From Candidatus Nomurabacteria bacterium (GTDB lineage Bacteria > Patescibacteriota > Minisyncoccia > Phycocordibacterales > UBA9973): a stretch of 64,000 nt of DNA. A program made the translations under genes and the position numbers. The stretch is from positions 15,897-79,896 of the forward strand of contig JAPLXP010000011.1 of NCBI GenBank assembly GCA_026396015.1, given 5' to 3'. Positions 46,515-56,704 of this stretch are shown here, piece by piece; position 1 is the first letter of the stretch; each line of letters starts with the position of its first letter. The notes under the pieces are model-generated. The model was given only the letters and a program-made list of their open reading frames with translations, did no database searches and was not told where the DNA came from.

Positions 46515-47603
46515 TTACTGAACGATTCCACCACCAAGACACACGTTGTTGTCGTATATTACGATAGATTGACCAGGTGACACTAGGATAGAATTGTCGA
46601 ATATTACCTTGATATTACTACCTACTGTTGCCAACACACAATTCAAAAATTCACCGTGATATCTGATCTGTGCTGTGTACCTGCCTGTCCGGTAGGCAGG
46701 TTTTTTGTTTTCAATCACAGAAACATTTTGTATATTTGAATTTATGAGTGTGTATTCTTTATTTGAATCACCACCCCCTGCCCCCTCCTCAGAAAGGCAG
46801 GGGTTATTGGATACTATAATAGTATTTTTATTTATGTCTTTTGATATTACATAATATGGCTCGTCGTTTACGCCCTTCACTGTAATAGTAAATCCATGAC
46901 GTTCACCCAGAGTAAAGAACACTGCACCATCATGGTATCCAATTACTTCTCCATCAACATTTAATACATCACCATTTTGGGGTTCGATGTAATGAGACAG
47001 GAAATCTTTCATATCAAGGGGTCCCAGGAAGCACACACCCTGAGAATCCTTCTTTACTGCAGTTGGAAGCTTGTATTTCAATGCCAGTTTTCGAACTTCA
47101 GTTTTTGGTAGATGGCCAATCGGGAAAAGAGTATGATCTAGGTCGTCGCTGTTTAGGGTCCACAGAAAATATGACTGATCTTTTGATTCATCATTTCCTT
47201 TTACCAATTTATTATTTATATTTTGTGCATAGTGGCCAGTAGCGATAAAGTCTACACCTTGTGATTTAGCAAAATTCCAAAAAACACCAAATTTTACTTC
47301 ACGATTACACATCACGTCTGGATTTGGAGTACGACCCAATTTGTATTCAGAAATCATATAGTCGGCTACACCTTTTTTGTAAGCCTCTTCACCGTCGCAT
47401 TCTAAGAATGGTATATCAAGATGTGCACATACGCGCATCGCGTCGCGGCGCTCATCGCGCCATGTACATTCAATAAAATCAGGCTGCCAGGTACGAATAA
47501 AAACCCCGACTACTTTGTAGCCTTGATCCTTTAGTAATGCAGCAGATACAGAAGAATCAACTCCACCACTCACACCGACAAATACTGTTTTTTGATTTTC
47601 CAT
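46515..47603 (-). CDS. mnmA: tRNA-specific 2-thiouridylase MnmA with an in-frame GC-rich insert
   Basis: 362 aa. PP-loop VFVGVSGGVDSSVSAALL; catalytic Cys region. The sequence SEEGAGGGDS is encoded by element C. Confidence 0.9.
   Translation of the reverse strand: MENQKTVFVGVSGGVDSSVSAALLKDQGYKVVGVFIRTWQPDFIECTWRDERRDAMRVCAHLDIPFLECDGEEAYKKGVADYMISEYKLGRTPNPDVMCNREVKFGVFWNFAKSQGVDFIATGHYAQNINNKLVKGNDESKDQSYFLWTLNSDDLDHTLFPIGHLPKTEVRKLALKYKLPTAVKKDSQGVCFLGPLDMKDFLSHYIEPQNGDVLNVDGEVIGYHDGAVFFTLGERHGFTITVKGVNDEPYYVISKDINKNTIIVSNNPCLSEEGAGGGDSNKEYTLINSNIQNVSVIENKKPAYRTGRYTAQIRYHGEFLNCVLATVGSNIKVIFDNSILVSPGQSIVIYDNNVCLGGGIVQ
46764..46803 (+). repeat. GC-rich palindromic mini-element C, about 40 bp at roughly 90% identity to the 3' part of element A, in frame in mnmA
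   Basis: GAATCACCACCCCCTGCCCCCTCCTCAGAAAGGCAGGGG versus A GAATCACCACCCCCAACCCCCTCCTCAACAAGGAGGGGG; compared by eye. Confidence 0.65.
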
Positions 47604-47609
47604 ATATTT

Positions 47610-48473
47610 TTATGAAGATGTTTCCCATCTTGCAAAGATACCACAAGGTAACAATTTATCACTACCTGATTCTGCGATAGCAAGTTCCCCACTCTCTATT
47701 TCACCACCATAATTAGCCATCATGTCTTTTAGAATATTTGCATATGCAATAGCAGAGTAACCAGCGGTATATCCATTGAGTATTATAGCAATTGGCTTGT
47801 CGGATAATACTTGCTGACATAGATCTATAAGCTCAGCAAAATGTTCTTCAATCTTCCAGAGCTCATCTTTTGGACCATGACCAAAAGCCGGAGGATCCAT
47901 GATTATACAATCATATCTATTACCTCGTTTGATCTCACGACGTAGGAATGCAATACAGTCATCTACTATCCATCGTACCGGTGCGTCTGTCAGACCTGAG
48001 ACTTCAGCATTCTCACGTGCCCATGACACAGCAGACTTTGATGCGTCCACATGGACAACCTCTGCACCTGCACGTGCGGAAGCTAAGGTAGCACCACCTG
48101 TATAAGCAAAAAGATTCAATACTTTTGCAGATCTACCAGTGAGTACTTTGTCTAGCCATTCCCATTGAGCTTTTTGTTCAGGGAAAATACCGATATGCTT
48201 GAAGGATGTTGGTTTGATTATAAAAGTAAAATCCCCGTATTCTATATTCCAAGATTTAGGCACAGTCTTGCCACGGCCTATCTGCCACTCTCCACTATTG
48301 CCACGACGAGTGTAGTATAGGTGTGCATCGTCCCATGCGTATTCATTTGTCTTGTTCCAGATTGCCTCGGGATCAGGACGAGATATAACGATATCACCAA
48401 AACGCTCGAGTTTTTCACCTCCGCCACTATCTACTAGTTCATAGTCTTTTTGTTTTTCGTTTATTATTATCAT
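47610..48473 (-). CDS. class I SAM-dependent rRNA methyltransferase (RlmI/YwbD-like)
   Basis: 287 aa; LNLFAYTGGATLASA ... IIMDPPAFG. Confidence 0.7.
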   Translation of the reverse strand: MIIINEKQKDYELVDSGGGEKLERFGDIVISRPDPEAIWNKTNEYAWDDAHLYYTRRGNSGEWQIGRGKTVPKSWNIEYGDFTFIIKPTSFKHIGIFPEQKAQWEWLDKVLTGRSAKVLNLFAYTGGATLASARAGAEVVHVDASKSAVSWARENAEVSGLTDAPVRWIVDDCIAFLRREIKRGNRYDCIIMDPPAFGHGPKDELWKIEEHFAELIDLCQQVLSDKPIAIILNGYTAGYSAIAYANILKDMMANYGGEIESGELAIAESGSDKLLPCGIFARWETSS

Positions 48474-49378
48474 TTTAAATATTTTTTAATATTATTTTTA
48501 TGTTCAGCAAAGGTCGCAGCATAATGGACTATTCCATCTTTTCCATGAAGATAGAACAAATAGCTACTATCGACAGGATAGAGTGCTGCTCTTATAGAAC
48601 TCATACCTGGATTTGATATTGGATTGCTTGGCAATCCCTTTATCTTATATGTATCTTTGGCTGCGTCTACTTGCAATAACATACCATTCTTTAGTCTTTT
48701 CCACAAAATCCCAGATATAGTACCGTTATCTATATCTCCTTTTGCTTCGTCTTCTAAAATCGAGGCCATTATTATGATTTCCTTTCTGGTATGATTGGAC
48801 TTTGCAAAATCCGAGGACAAGCTGTCAATTTTCTTGGAATAATTACTCTGCAATGCATCAAATACTTCATCCATTGTCGTTTTTGGATAAAAGAAATATG
48901 TATCTGGGAATAGATACCCTTGTTTACCATTCACTCTAACTAAAAAATCAAGAGTATTGAAATCGGGTAGTCTCTTTTCCAATATTCCAGCCATTTGCTC
49001 GTTTGTAATTCCCTCAGGGAATGTGACCTTAATCGGAACAATATGATGATCACCATGAGCGAGCATAAATGCTACCTTCCAGACGGGCTCACCATTGAAA
49101 TAATAGTCTCCGACTGGCATACCTCTACTTGTCTGGAATACCTTCATGAAAATTTTAAAAACTTTTTCCGACCTAATTACATTTTTATCTTTTAAATCTG
49201 TTGAAATCTTGGTTGTACTATATCCTCGCCCAACGTGTATTATAGTTGGAGCTTTATCATATGGAGTACTAATCAATACAAATGTAGCCAACATAACAAG
49301 AAAAACAATTACGAGAATAATTGAATTTCGTAATTGTTTTTCTGCTAATATTCTTTTTATTGATGACATTAAATTCAT
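48470..49378 (-). CDS. mltG: endolytic murein transglycosylase MltG (YceG-like)
   Basis: 302 aa; N-terminal TM helix and YceG-like C-terminal region. Confidence 0.75.
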   Translation of the reverse strand: MNLMSSIKRILAEKQLRNSIILVIVFLVMLATFVLISTPYDKAPTIIHVGRGYSTTKISTDLKDKNVIRSEKVFKIFMKVFQTSRGMPVGDYYFNGEPVWKVAFMLAHGDHHIVPIKVTFPEGITNEQMAGILEKRLPDFNTLDFLVRVNGKQGYLFPDTYFFYPKTTMDEVFDALQSNYSKKIDSLSSDFAKSNHTRKEIIIMASILEDEAKGDIDNGTISGILWKRLKNGMLLQVDAAKDTYKIKGLPSNPISNPGMSSIRAALYPVDSSYLFYLHGKDGIVHYAATFAEHKNNIKKYLK

Positions 49379-49380
49379 AA

Positions 49381-50691
49381 TTAAAGAGGAAGATTTGAAG
49401 GTGGCTTTGCAATCTTTGACTCAATACGTTTGAATGAAGGAGTCTCTGATACCATACCCGGGAAGTGAAATATCGTGGCGAGCTCTTGGGTAGACATTAC
49501 GAATATATTAGGTCTATACGCGGGAAAGAAAATATTGAGTACAGAGGGATAGTCAAAGGCATACTGTATCGGAGGATGGAACATAATACGTAGACGGTAG
49601 TAATCGAGCATTCTCTTCTTCATCTTTGTCATAGCAAGTCCTGTAGGATCAGACCATGGAGCATCAAACTGTGTAGCATTTACACGCCACATTTCATTGA
49701 TACCTGGCTGTGCGAACTGACGAAAGATCAGGCGTACATCACGACGAAGATTATTGAATTCATCCTCTGAAATAAGATCTTTTTTAGAAAGACACACCAT
49801 GCGTATACCTACATCAAAGTGAATCAATTGCATATTGTCGGTCACAGCAGTGACTGCAGGTTTTAGGAAATCCGGCATACCCACCATTTGACGAAGATCC
49901 ATCGGACCATCTCCATCCTTATCATTTTTAACAGTACGAATATATGGAGCGAGCATTCCCTCTATGAATTCAATCGATGCATCATAAAAATTGATGTGTC
50001 CGCCTGTTTTATGACTATGATACATCTTTATGTTCTGACGGATAATTATCTGCATCCATAGCTGCTGGCCTTTTTTCATAGAACCCATAAATTCAATGGT
50101 AGGAGTGATTGGGTCAATCTTGAATTCTTCTTTTACTCCAGTCTTCATCTCGTCACCAAAGTTCTTGTATGTCTTAATTGGCAAAAAATCCTCACGTTTT
50201 TTAGTAAATTCACAGCCCCACATATACCATTCACCATCTTTCTTGAATTGAGGAATATGGAATACATAATCATCCACCTCTATGACCTTGGCCTGAGGAT
50301 ACTGACCATAGATCTGAGTCTCTACAAGATTACGAATACGAGAAGGTGTACGCACAAAGAAGTGTACCTGACCATCTAATGATACGATCTCAAGAGAGAA
50401 CCACATCCATGGTGCACCCACGATAAATTGCTCCCAGAATCCTTTCATACTCTGGTGGTACATGGCATTGGTAAATATCAATTCCATAGCAGCTGGTGTC
50501 TTGTCTACATCACGAGGAACTTGAATCTCGAGCAGTATCCATTTGATTCCTGAAATAAAGTTCTCTTGTCTGTAGTGATGCCATAGATGAAAAGCAGCCC
50601 ATGCCAATGGTAATGGCATAAGATATCCAATACCCACGAGGAGGAATTGAACTACACTAAAACTATGAGTTGCGAAAAAGTTTGCTAGCAT
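49381..50691 (-). CDS. hypothetical Trp-rich protein with an N-terminal TM segment
   Basis: 436-aa ORF with no recognisable motif; lies 6 nt downstream of the small prepilin-like ORF. Confidence 0.55.
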   Translation of the reverse strand: MLANFFATHSFSVVQFLLVGIGYLMPLPLAWAAFHLWHHYRQENFISGIKWILLEIQVPRDVDKTPAAMELIFTNAMYHQSMKGFWEQFIVGAPWMWFSLEIVSLDGQVHFFVRTPSRIRNLVETQIYGQYPQAKVIEVDDYVFHIPQFKKDGEWYMWGCEFTKKREDFLPIKTYKNFGDEMKTGVKEEFKIDPITPTIEFMGSMKKGQQLWMQIIIRQNIKMYHSHKTGGHINFYDASIEFIEGMLAPYIRTVKNDKDGDGPMDLRQMVGMPDFLKPAVTAVTDNMQLIHFDVGIRMVCLSKKDLISEDEFNNLRRDVRLIFRQFAQPGINEMWRVNATQFDAPWSDPTGLAMTKMKKRMLDYYRLRIMFHPPIQYAFDYPSVLNIFFPAYRPNIFVMSTQELATIFHFPGMVSETPSFKRIESKIAKPPSNLPL

Positions 50692-50697
50692 AATATT

Positions 50698-50826
50698 TTA
50701 TGAAGTTGATTCTAGGAAAGAGGAATTTGTATCTACCTTTGGTGTAGTGTAATAACCGATTAGAGCCAATGCGATCACAATTCCTATTATTATCATAATA
50801 ATTGTAGTAAAACCTTTTTGATACAT
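50698..50826 (-). CDS. small prepilin-like membrane peptide (42 aa), absent from the ORF track
   Basis: Hand translation: MYQKGFTTIIMIIIGIVIALALIGYYTTPKVDTNSSFLESTS*. QKGFT followed by a hydrophobic helix resembles a class III signal peptide, but the conserved Glu at +5 is absent. Confidence 0.4.
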   Translation of the reverse strand: MYQKGFTTIIMIIIGIVIALALIGYYTTPKVDTNSSFLESTS

Positions 50827-50851
50827 AAAATTATTATATCATATTTTAAAA

Positions 50852-50884
50852 ACAAAACACTCCGATTGCTCGGAGTGTTTTGTT
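50852..50884 (-). terminator. intrinsic terminator (11-bp stem AAACACTCCGA/TCGGAGTGTTT plus T-tract)
   Basis: Direct read; directly after the stop of the 50884..51915 gene. Confidence 0.7.
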
Positions 50885-51915
50885 TAGATTGCTGTATATA
50901 AACCTGATTTGTTTTTCTTGAAATATTTTGAATTTTGCAAGTTAACCAAGATTGTATTCTTCTTTAGATATCTTTCCTTCATAACCTGGTCAACGATATC
51001 TTCTTTTGTCATTGGACCATTTTTCTTAATCAATTCACGGATTACATCACGGACTACTCCAGTCTTGTAACCCCATTCCTTTAGAGCGTATATTCCACGT
51101 CCTACTAGTACGAAGCGGTCATCCTTGATCAATTCATTGTGACAAGTAGCAGTGTGGCATTTCTTGTTGAATGTATCTGCGATTGATTTTGCTACTTCAC
51201 GGAAGTGCATAGGTGAACCATGCTTTCTCATCATAAGGAATGCGTAATCTTTTATTCCACGAGTTTTGATACCAGAAGAATTTGATTTACCCCATTCACC
51301 AAGAGGATTCTTGTTGATGTGCTTTGACATAGTGATCCATCGGCGAGCAATCTCTTCATTCTTGTACTGCTCTGATACGTCTTTTAGACCATCTAGGAAG
51401 CGAGCGATGAGTTCTGATTCTGTAACAAGATCCTTGTCTGAAAGATTTGAATAGATATCTTTTAGAGCTTGGTGAACCTTTACTGCTACAGCATCATCTA
51501 CACTCCAACGAGATTTGAAATGTTCATCTTCTTTGTGTTTTGTAAAAGCATCTCCGAGTGTGAGGTATAGGTGGATGTGGTTCTGAGTTAGCTTGTCTTT
51601 TGATACATGAGATAGAAGTTCGTCTTCAGAAACGATCGCACCTAGGGTGTGCATGAGTGTCTTTAATTCTTCGAAAATGGCAGTTTCGTTTTTAAAAGTA
51701 TCTCCTTTGCGGATTGATGAAAGAGCAGAATTCTCGATCTGTCGAACGCGCTCACGAGTGATTCCGTATTTTTTACCGATAGCCTCGAGAGTCTTTCTCT
51801 CTGCTTCATCAGTGAGTCCAAAACGGTTTACGACAACTTCGTATGCTCGATCTGGAAGATTTGAAAGCATTCTCTTTGTGACCTGTTTTGGTTTAAATGT
51901 TATAGTTTGTGCCAT
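50884..51915 (-). CDS. sigma-70 region-4-like HTH plus C-terminal HARE-HTH domain protein
   Basis: 343 aa. The N-terminal part (RAYEVVVNRFGL...GITRERVRQIENSAL) is a sigma r4-like HTH. The C-terminal part (HFREVAKSI...DRFVLVGRGIYALKEWGY) matches the HARE-HTH pattern. Confidence 0.6.
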   Translation of the reverse strand: MAQTITFKPKQVTKRMLSNLPDRAYEVVVNRFGLTDEAERKTLEAIGKKYGITRERVRQIENSALSSIRKGDTFKNETAIFEELKTLMHTLGAIVSEDELLSHVSKDKLTQNHIHLYLTLGDAFTKHKEDEHFKSRWSVDDAVAVKVHQALKDIYSNLSDKDLVTESELIARFLDGLKDVSEQYKNEEIARRWITMSKHINKNPLGEWGKSNSSGIKTRGIKDYAFLMMRKHGSPMHFREVAKSIADTFNKKCHTATCHNELIKDDRFVLVGRGIYALKEWGYKTGVVRDVIRELIKKNGPMTKEDIVDQVMKERYLKKNTILVNLQNSKYFKKNKSGLYTAI

Positions 51916-52009
51916 ATTTAAAAAAATTATTTGTAAGCTATATTTTTACAATATCATTATTATCGAATAAAGTCAACACTCACACAAAATCCTTATTTCT
52001 AAACACTTT

Positions 52010-53818
52010 TTACTTCTTTGCAGCTGCTGTTTTAGCTCTCATTCTGTCTTGCTCTGTCAAAAACTTCTTGCGCAAACGTACGTTTTTAGGTGTAATTTCA
52101 AGGTATTCGTCGTCTGACATAGTCTCCAATCCTCTCTCAATAGAAAGCTTGTAAGGAGGCTTTACATTCACAGCTTCATCCGTACCAGAAGCACGCATGT
52201 TTGAAAGTTGCTTACCTTTTGTTGGGTTCACTGCCATCTCATCACCCTTTGTGACGTTACCGACAACCATACCTTCGTAAACTTCATCTCCGTGTTCTAC
52301 ATATAGTATTCCACGCTCTTGCAGAGTCCATAGTGAGAATGCTACTACCTTTCCTGTCACCATAGATGCCATTGATCCTACGTCACGCTTCTTGATCTCT
52401 CCTGCGTAATCCTTGAATCCAATGAATCGTGAAGCGAGGATTCCCTCTCCTTTTGTATCCACTACGAACTGTCCACGGTATCCTAGAATTCCACGAGTAG
52501 GTATTTCAATCAACATGCGAGTAATACCTTCCTTTTCATGCATGTGTGTGATCAATCCACGGCGAGCTGTAAGCTTTTCGATAACTGATCCAGAGAATTC
52601 ATTGCGGACATCGATAGTCACTTCTTCATAAGGTTCTACCTTCATACCATTTTCCTCTTTGATGATTACGTGTGGTTGTGAGACCTGTAGCTCGAATCCT
52701 TCACGGCGCATGTTTTCTAGGAGCACAGCAATGTGCAATTCACCACGTCCGTATACAGTAAATCCTTCACGATCGAGTTCCGCTGATCGCTCCCAGTCTA
52801 CCTTTAGACCAACGTTGATTTCCAATTCTTTTTCTAGGCGCTCACGAATTTGACGACTTGTGACGAACTTACCTTCACGTCCAGCAAACGGTGAATCGTT
52901 CACAAGAAAGTTCAGAGAGATTGTAGGCTCATCAATCTGGATAGATGGTAGGGCCTCTGTGCCAGCTTCAAAAGTGATAGTCTCACCGATGAATACATCA
53001 GGAATACCTGCAATAATAGCAATATCTCCAGTTGAGAATTCAGCAGCTTCTTTACGAACAATACCTTCGAAAGTGAACATCTTTGTGATTTTTGTAGTAC
53101 GAACATGACCATCATCTTTTTTAACATAGATATTTGACCCAGTCTTGATAGATCCACCGTATGCACGAACAATAGCTAGACGTCCAAGAAAGTTGTCATA
53201 ACCAAGGTTGAAAACCTGAGCCTGGAATGGCTTGTCAGCGTCTTTTGAAGCTTCTGGAACTGTCTCTAATATCAAATCCAATAGTGGAGTAAGGTCCTTT
53301 GAGTCGTCAGTAAGATTCTTCTTGGCTATTCCTTGGCGGCCTATAGCGTAGATAGTCTTGAAATCAATCTGCTCATCTGTAGCACCCAATTCTAGGAATA
53401 GTTCAAGAACCTCCTCATGTACGCGGTCTGGATTGGCAGCTGGCTTGTCGATCTTGTTGATCACTACGATAGGTTTTAGGCCGAGTTCTAGAGACTTTTT
53501 CAATACGAAACGAGTCTGAGGCATAGGACCTTCCTGTGCATCTACGAGCAGGAGAACAGAGTCGATAGCACGAAGAACACGCTCTACTTCAGATCCGAAG
53601 TCCGCGTGGCCTGGTGTGTCCACAATGTTGATTTTTGTACCTTTGTAATTTACAGAGGTATTTTTAGAGTAAATAGTGATTCCACGCTCTTGTTCTAGAG
53701 CATTTGAGTCCATAGATGTACCCTCGTTATTCATACCGCATTGCTTCATCAGCTCATCAGTAAGGGTTGTTTTTCCATGGTCCACATGGGCTATAATCGC
53801 TATATTTCTTATCTCCAT
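52010..53818 (-). CDS. typA: translational GTPase TypA/BipA
   Basis: 602 aa; [31 protein letters not shown]. Confidence 0.95.
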   Translation of the reverse strand: MEIRNIAIIAHVDHGKTTLTDELMKQCGMNNEGTSMDSNALEQERGITIYSKNTSVNYKGTKINIVDTPGHADFGSEVERVLRAIDSVLLLVDAQEGPMPQTRFVLKKSLELGLKPIVVINKIDKPAANPDRVHEEVLELFLELGATDEQIDFKTIYAIGRQGIAKKNLTDDSKDLTPLLDLILETVPEASKDADKPFQAQVFNLGYDNFLGRLAIVRAYGGSIKTGSNIYVKKDDGHVRTTKITKMFTFEGIVRKEAAEFSTGDIAIIAGIPDVFIGETITFEAGTEALPSIQIDEPTISLNFLVNDSPFAGREGKFVTSRQIRERLEKELEINVGLKVDWERSAELDREGFTVYGRGELHIAVLLENMRREGFELQVSQPHVIIKEENGMKVEPYEEVTIDVRNEFSGSVIEKLTARRGLITHMHEKEGITRMLIEIPTRGILGYRGQFVVDTKGEGILASRFIGFKDYAGEIKKRDVGSMASMVTGKVVAFSLWTLQERGILYVEHGDEVYEGMVVGNVTKGDEMAVNPTKGKQLSNMRASGTDEAVNVKPPYKLSIERGLETMSDDEYLEITPKNVRLRKKFLTEQDRMRAKTAAAKK

Positions 53819-53961
53819 ATTTTTGTTTCGTATTAATTAAAAATAAAATCGCCTCATGGCGAACTAATACTCGTACTATATCATAAATTTTTAATCTTGG
53901 CAAAGAAAAAACAACATACTTTCAGATAAAAAATATGTTGTTTTATGTTAATTACTTTAAG

Positions 53962-54393
53962 CTATCTAGAAGCTAAGAAATATAGATTTAGTTGCCCCTT
54001 GCGCATACGTAGAAATGCTATCTCATTTGATAAATCTTCTATTCTTTTGTATTTCGATCGAAGAGTGATCTTAACATCCCTTCTGTGCTCCATTATTTTC
54101 ATTCCCAAAAAAAGTACTGAATCTTCTAAGTCAACTAATTTTTCAATAGATTTTAAAAAGAAATTCGATTTAGCCTCTAGGGAAATTAATTCAAATTCTA
54201 AATTAACTAGATCATTTTGAGATATGACTAATTGACAGCTATCTCTTCTTAACTGATACTTAACATAATCTAATGCTTTAAGTGAATCGGTATAAGCTTG
54301 TGAATTTTTTTGTGCATTTGCTTTTAGCCCAGCAAAGATATTTATTATTAACACTCCCATTAATAACAATAAGACTTTTTTTATTATTTTCAT
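53962..54393 (-). CDS. hypothetical secreted coiled-coil protein
   Basis: 143 aa with a signal peptide. Confidence 0.5.
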   Translation of the reverse strand: MKIIKKVLLLLMGVLIINIFAGLKANAQKNSQAYTDSLKALDYVKYQLRRDSCQLVISQNDLVNLEFELISLEAKSNFFLKSIEKLVDLEDSVLFLGMKIMEHRRDVKITLRSKYKRIEDLSNEIAFLRMRKGQLNLYFLASR

Positions 54394-54443
54394 ATTTTTA
54401 CATTTTTCTTTAGATTACAACCAATCAATCTTTTTGTCAAACT

Positions 54444-54484
54444 CAAAAAATACCCTACAGGTTAGACCTGTGGGTATTTTTTTA
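54444..54484. terminator. bidirectional intrinsic terminator (TACCCTACAGG/CCTGTGGGTA stem flanked by A7 and T7)
   Basis: Direct read, just downstream of rseP. Confidence 0.7.
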
Positions 54485-54495
54485 TTTCTATGATT

Positions 54496-55593
54496 TTAGT
54501 GCTTTATTAATTTTACAATATCGTGATAAGTGATGATGAGCATCATGAGCATGAGTAGTCCGAATCCGATAGTATTTACCCAGTTTGCGACTTTTGGATT
54601 GATACGACTTCCCTTTATTTTTTCGATAAGTAGGAATAATAGTCTACCTCCATCGAGTGCTGGGAATGGTATCAGGTTGATCACTGCGAGGTTTATAGAG
54701 ATTAGTGCTGTGAATGATAGTAGATATATGAATCCAAATTTTGCAGCATCTCCTACGACTCCAACAATACCTACAGGACCAGTCAGATTACTCATATCTG
54801 CCTTTCCAAATAGTCCATCATGTACGAGCTTAAAGAATCCTAATGCAGTAGTGACGAACAAATCTTTGGATAGCTTCAACCCCTCCCATACAGCCATACC
54901 AGGATTCAGCTTTAGCATTCCGATTGTATCCATTGCTATGCCGACGATTGGCACATTGTCTGAATTTTTCTCTGGAGTGATGGATACTTGTTTTTCTTCT
55001 GGGCCACGCTTGTATGTGACATCTATAGATTCAGCTCCGTGCTTTTTGATAAAATATTGAACACTCTGAGTTGAAGGAGTGTCAGTAGAGTCTGTCTTTG
55101 TCTTCAGTGATACCAATTTATCTCCAACCTTTAATCCTGCTTTTTCTGCAGCTGATGCAGGTGATACAGATATGACGGTCACTGCCTGATTGGTCAATCT
55201 TTGTCCAGCTGGGATAGAGTCCATAGATGTAGGCATACCAGTCATGAATCCAGCAGATATGAGTATCCATGCTACTAGGAAGTTCATAGTCACTCCTGCG
55301 AACAGTACTGCAGCCTGGATGTATCGTGGTTTGTTTACAAAGCTACGATCTTTGTCAGGTCCATTTATAGATTCATCATCTGGATTCTCTCCAAAGATTT
55401 TCACATAGCCACCGATAGGTAGCATGTTTATACGATAAATCGTCTCCCCTTTTTTGAAACCAAATAATTTTGGACCCATACCAAAAGCAAATTCATCTAC
55501 ACGAATTCCACTCTTCTTGGCAACAATAAAATGCCCCCATTCATGAGACACTACTAAAACTAAAAGTATTACAATAAAAATCAAAATATTCAT
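54496..55593 (-). CDS. rseP: RIP metalloprotease RseP (site-2 protease)
   Basis: 365 aa; HEWGHFIVAK (HExxH) in TM1, a PDZ domain, and a C-terminal LDGG region. Confidence 0.9.
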   Translation of the reverse strand: MNILIFIVILLVLVVSHEWGHFIVAKKSGIRVDEFAFGMGPKLFGFKKGETIYRINMLPIGGYVKIFGENPDDESINGPDKDRSFVNKPRYIQAAVLFAGVTMNFLVAWILISAGFMTGMPTSMDSIPAGQRLTNQAVTVISVSPASAAEKAGLKVGDKLVSLKTKTDSTDTPSTQSVQYFIKKHGAESIDVTYKRGPEEKQVSITPEKNSDNVPIVGIAMDTIGMLKLNPGMAVWEGLKLSKDLFVTTALGFFKLVHDGLFGKADMSNLTGPVGIVGVVGDAAKFGFIYLLSFTALISINLAVINLIPFPALDGGRLLFLLIEKIKGSRINPKVANWVNTIGFGLLMLMMLIITYHDIVKLIKH

Positions 55594-55620
55594 ATTTGTA
55601 TTATATCATAAAATAAGTAG

Positions 55621-55659
55621 CCGCGACCTAGATCGCGGCTACTTATTTTCAAATAATTT
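55621..55659. terminator. strong bidirectional terminator (about 15-bp stem AATAAGTAGCCGCGA/TCGCGGCTACTTATT), followed on the - strand by TGATATAAT (an extended -10) for rseP
   Basis: Direct read. Confidence 0.7.
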
Positions 55660-55695
55660 ACAAGTATAATTTCCCCAAGCGATTATTAAGGAAGA

Positions 55696-56148
55696 TTATA
55701 AATCGTAATTTCCATCCCAGACAATCTTACACTTATTAAAATTAGACATTACATCTTTACAACGTTCAGAATTCTTTCCAACACCAAAGACTACGCAAGA
55801 CTCATTTTTGGTACCATTTTTACTATAAATATCAAAACCACCATCCATTCCTTCAAATACATAACGACTTCCCTCCATATAGAATTCAGGAATGACAAAA
55901 CGGTTTTCAATTGTATTATTACCACAAGCACGAATTTGCGTTGATTTATCTTTTGAGATTATTGAGAGAATTTTGTTTATTGCAACGTCATCACTACCAA
56001 TAGCACCTCCTGTATTTGGTGATGTATATATTGTAGGATTATATCTTGGATTAATATTTGAGGTTTTATTGTTTTGTATTTTAAAAAGACAAATACTGAT
56101 AAGAATAATAATTATGATAAGTAGTATTGTGTTTACGTTATTTTTCAT
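55696..56148 (-). CDS. hypothetical secreted protein
   Basis: 150 aa with a signal peptide. Confidence 0.5.
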   Translation of the reverse strand: MKNNVNTILLIIIIILISICLFKIQNNKTSNINPRYNPTIYTSPNTGGAIGSDDVAINKILSIISKDKSTQIRACGNNTIENRFVIPEFYMEGSRYVFEGMDGGFDIYSKNGTKNESCVVFGVGKNSERCKDVMSNFNKCKIVWDGNYDL

Positions 56149-56149
56149 A

Positions 56150-56704
56150 TTAATTCATTACTTCTACTTCTTTTTTAGTAAAGATTGCTTCTAAGTTTTT
56201 ATTTGATTCATCTACAGCTTTTTGGATATCCTCTTTACCTTTTTTCTGCTCATCTTCAGTCAGATCATCGAGCATTCCTATCTCATCACCACGAGCTTTA
56301 CGAACAGAGATACGTGCATCCTCTAGCTTTTCTTTTAAAACTTTTACCAATCTTGTGCGTGTCTCTGTAGTGAGCATTGGGAATATTGCACGTACACCAT
56401 CACTATCTGACAATACTGAGAGTCCGATATCTGCAGCTCCGATAGCTTTTTCGATCTCTTTAATTGCAGATTTATCCCAGGGTGCGATGCGCAGTGTCTT
56501 TGGATCTTCTACTGATACTGATGCGATATTTTTGATAGGCATATATGAACCATAGCTCTCTACCATAATACTATCTAATACCATAGGAGTAGCACGGCCT
56601 GTATGCACAGATCCATATTCCTTTGATAACCATTCTTCTATCTTTTTTAATTCTACCTTGAATTGTGTTGTATTGTATGCCATATATTTTATATTATACC
56701 ACAA
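56150..56704 (-). CDS. frr: ribosome recycling factor
   Basis: 184 aa (possibly begins at the inner Met MAYNT). TGRATPMVLDSIMVESYG motif. Confidence 0.92.
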   Translation of the reverse strand: MWYNIKYMAYNTTQFKVELKKIEEWLSKEYGSVHTGRATPMVLDSIMVESYGSYMPIKNIASVSVEDPKTLRIAPWDKSAIKEIEKAIGAADIGLSVLSDSDGVRAIFPMLTTETRTRLVKVLKEKLEDARISVRKARGDEIGMLDDLTEDEQKKGKEDIQKAVDESNKNLEAIFTKKEVEVMN

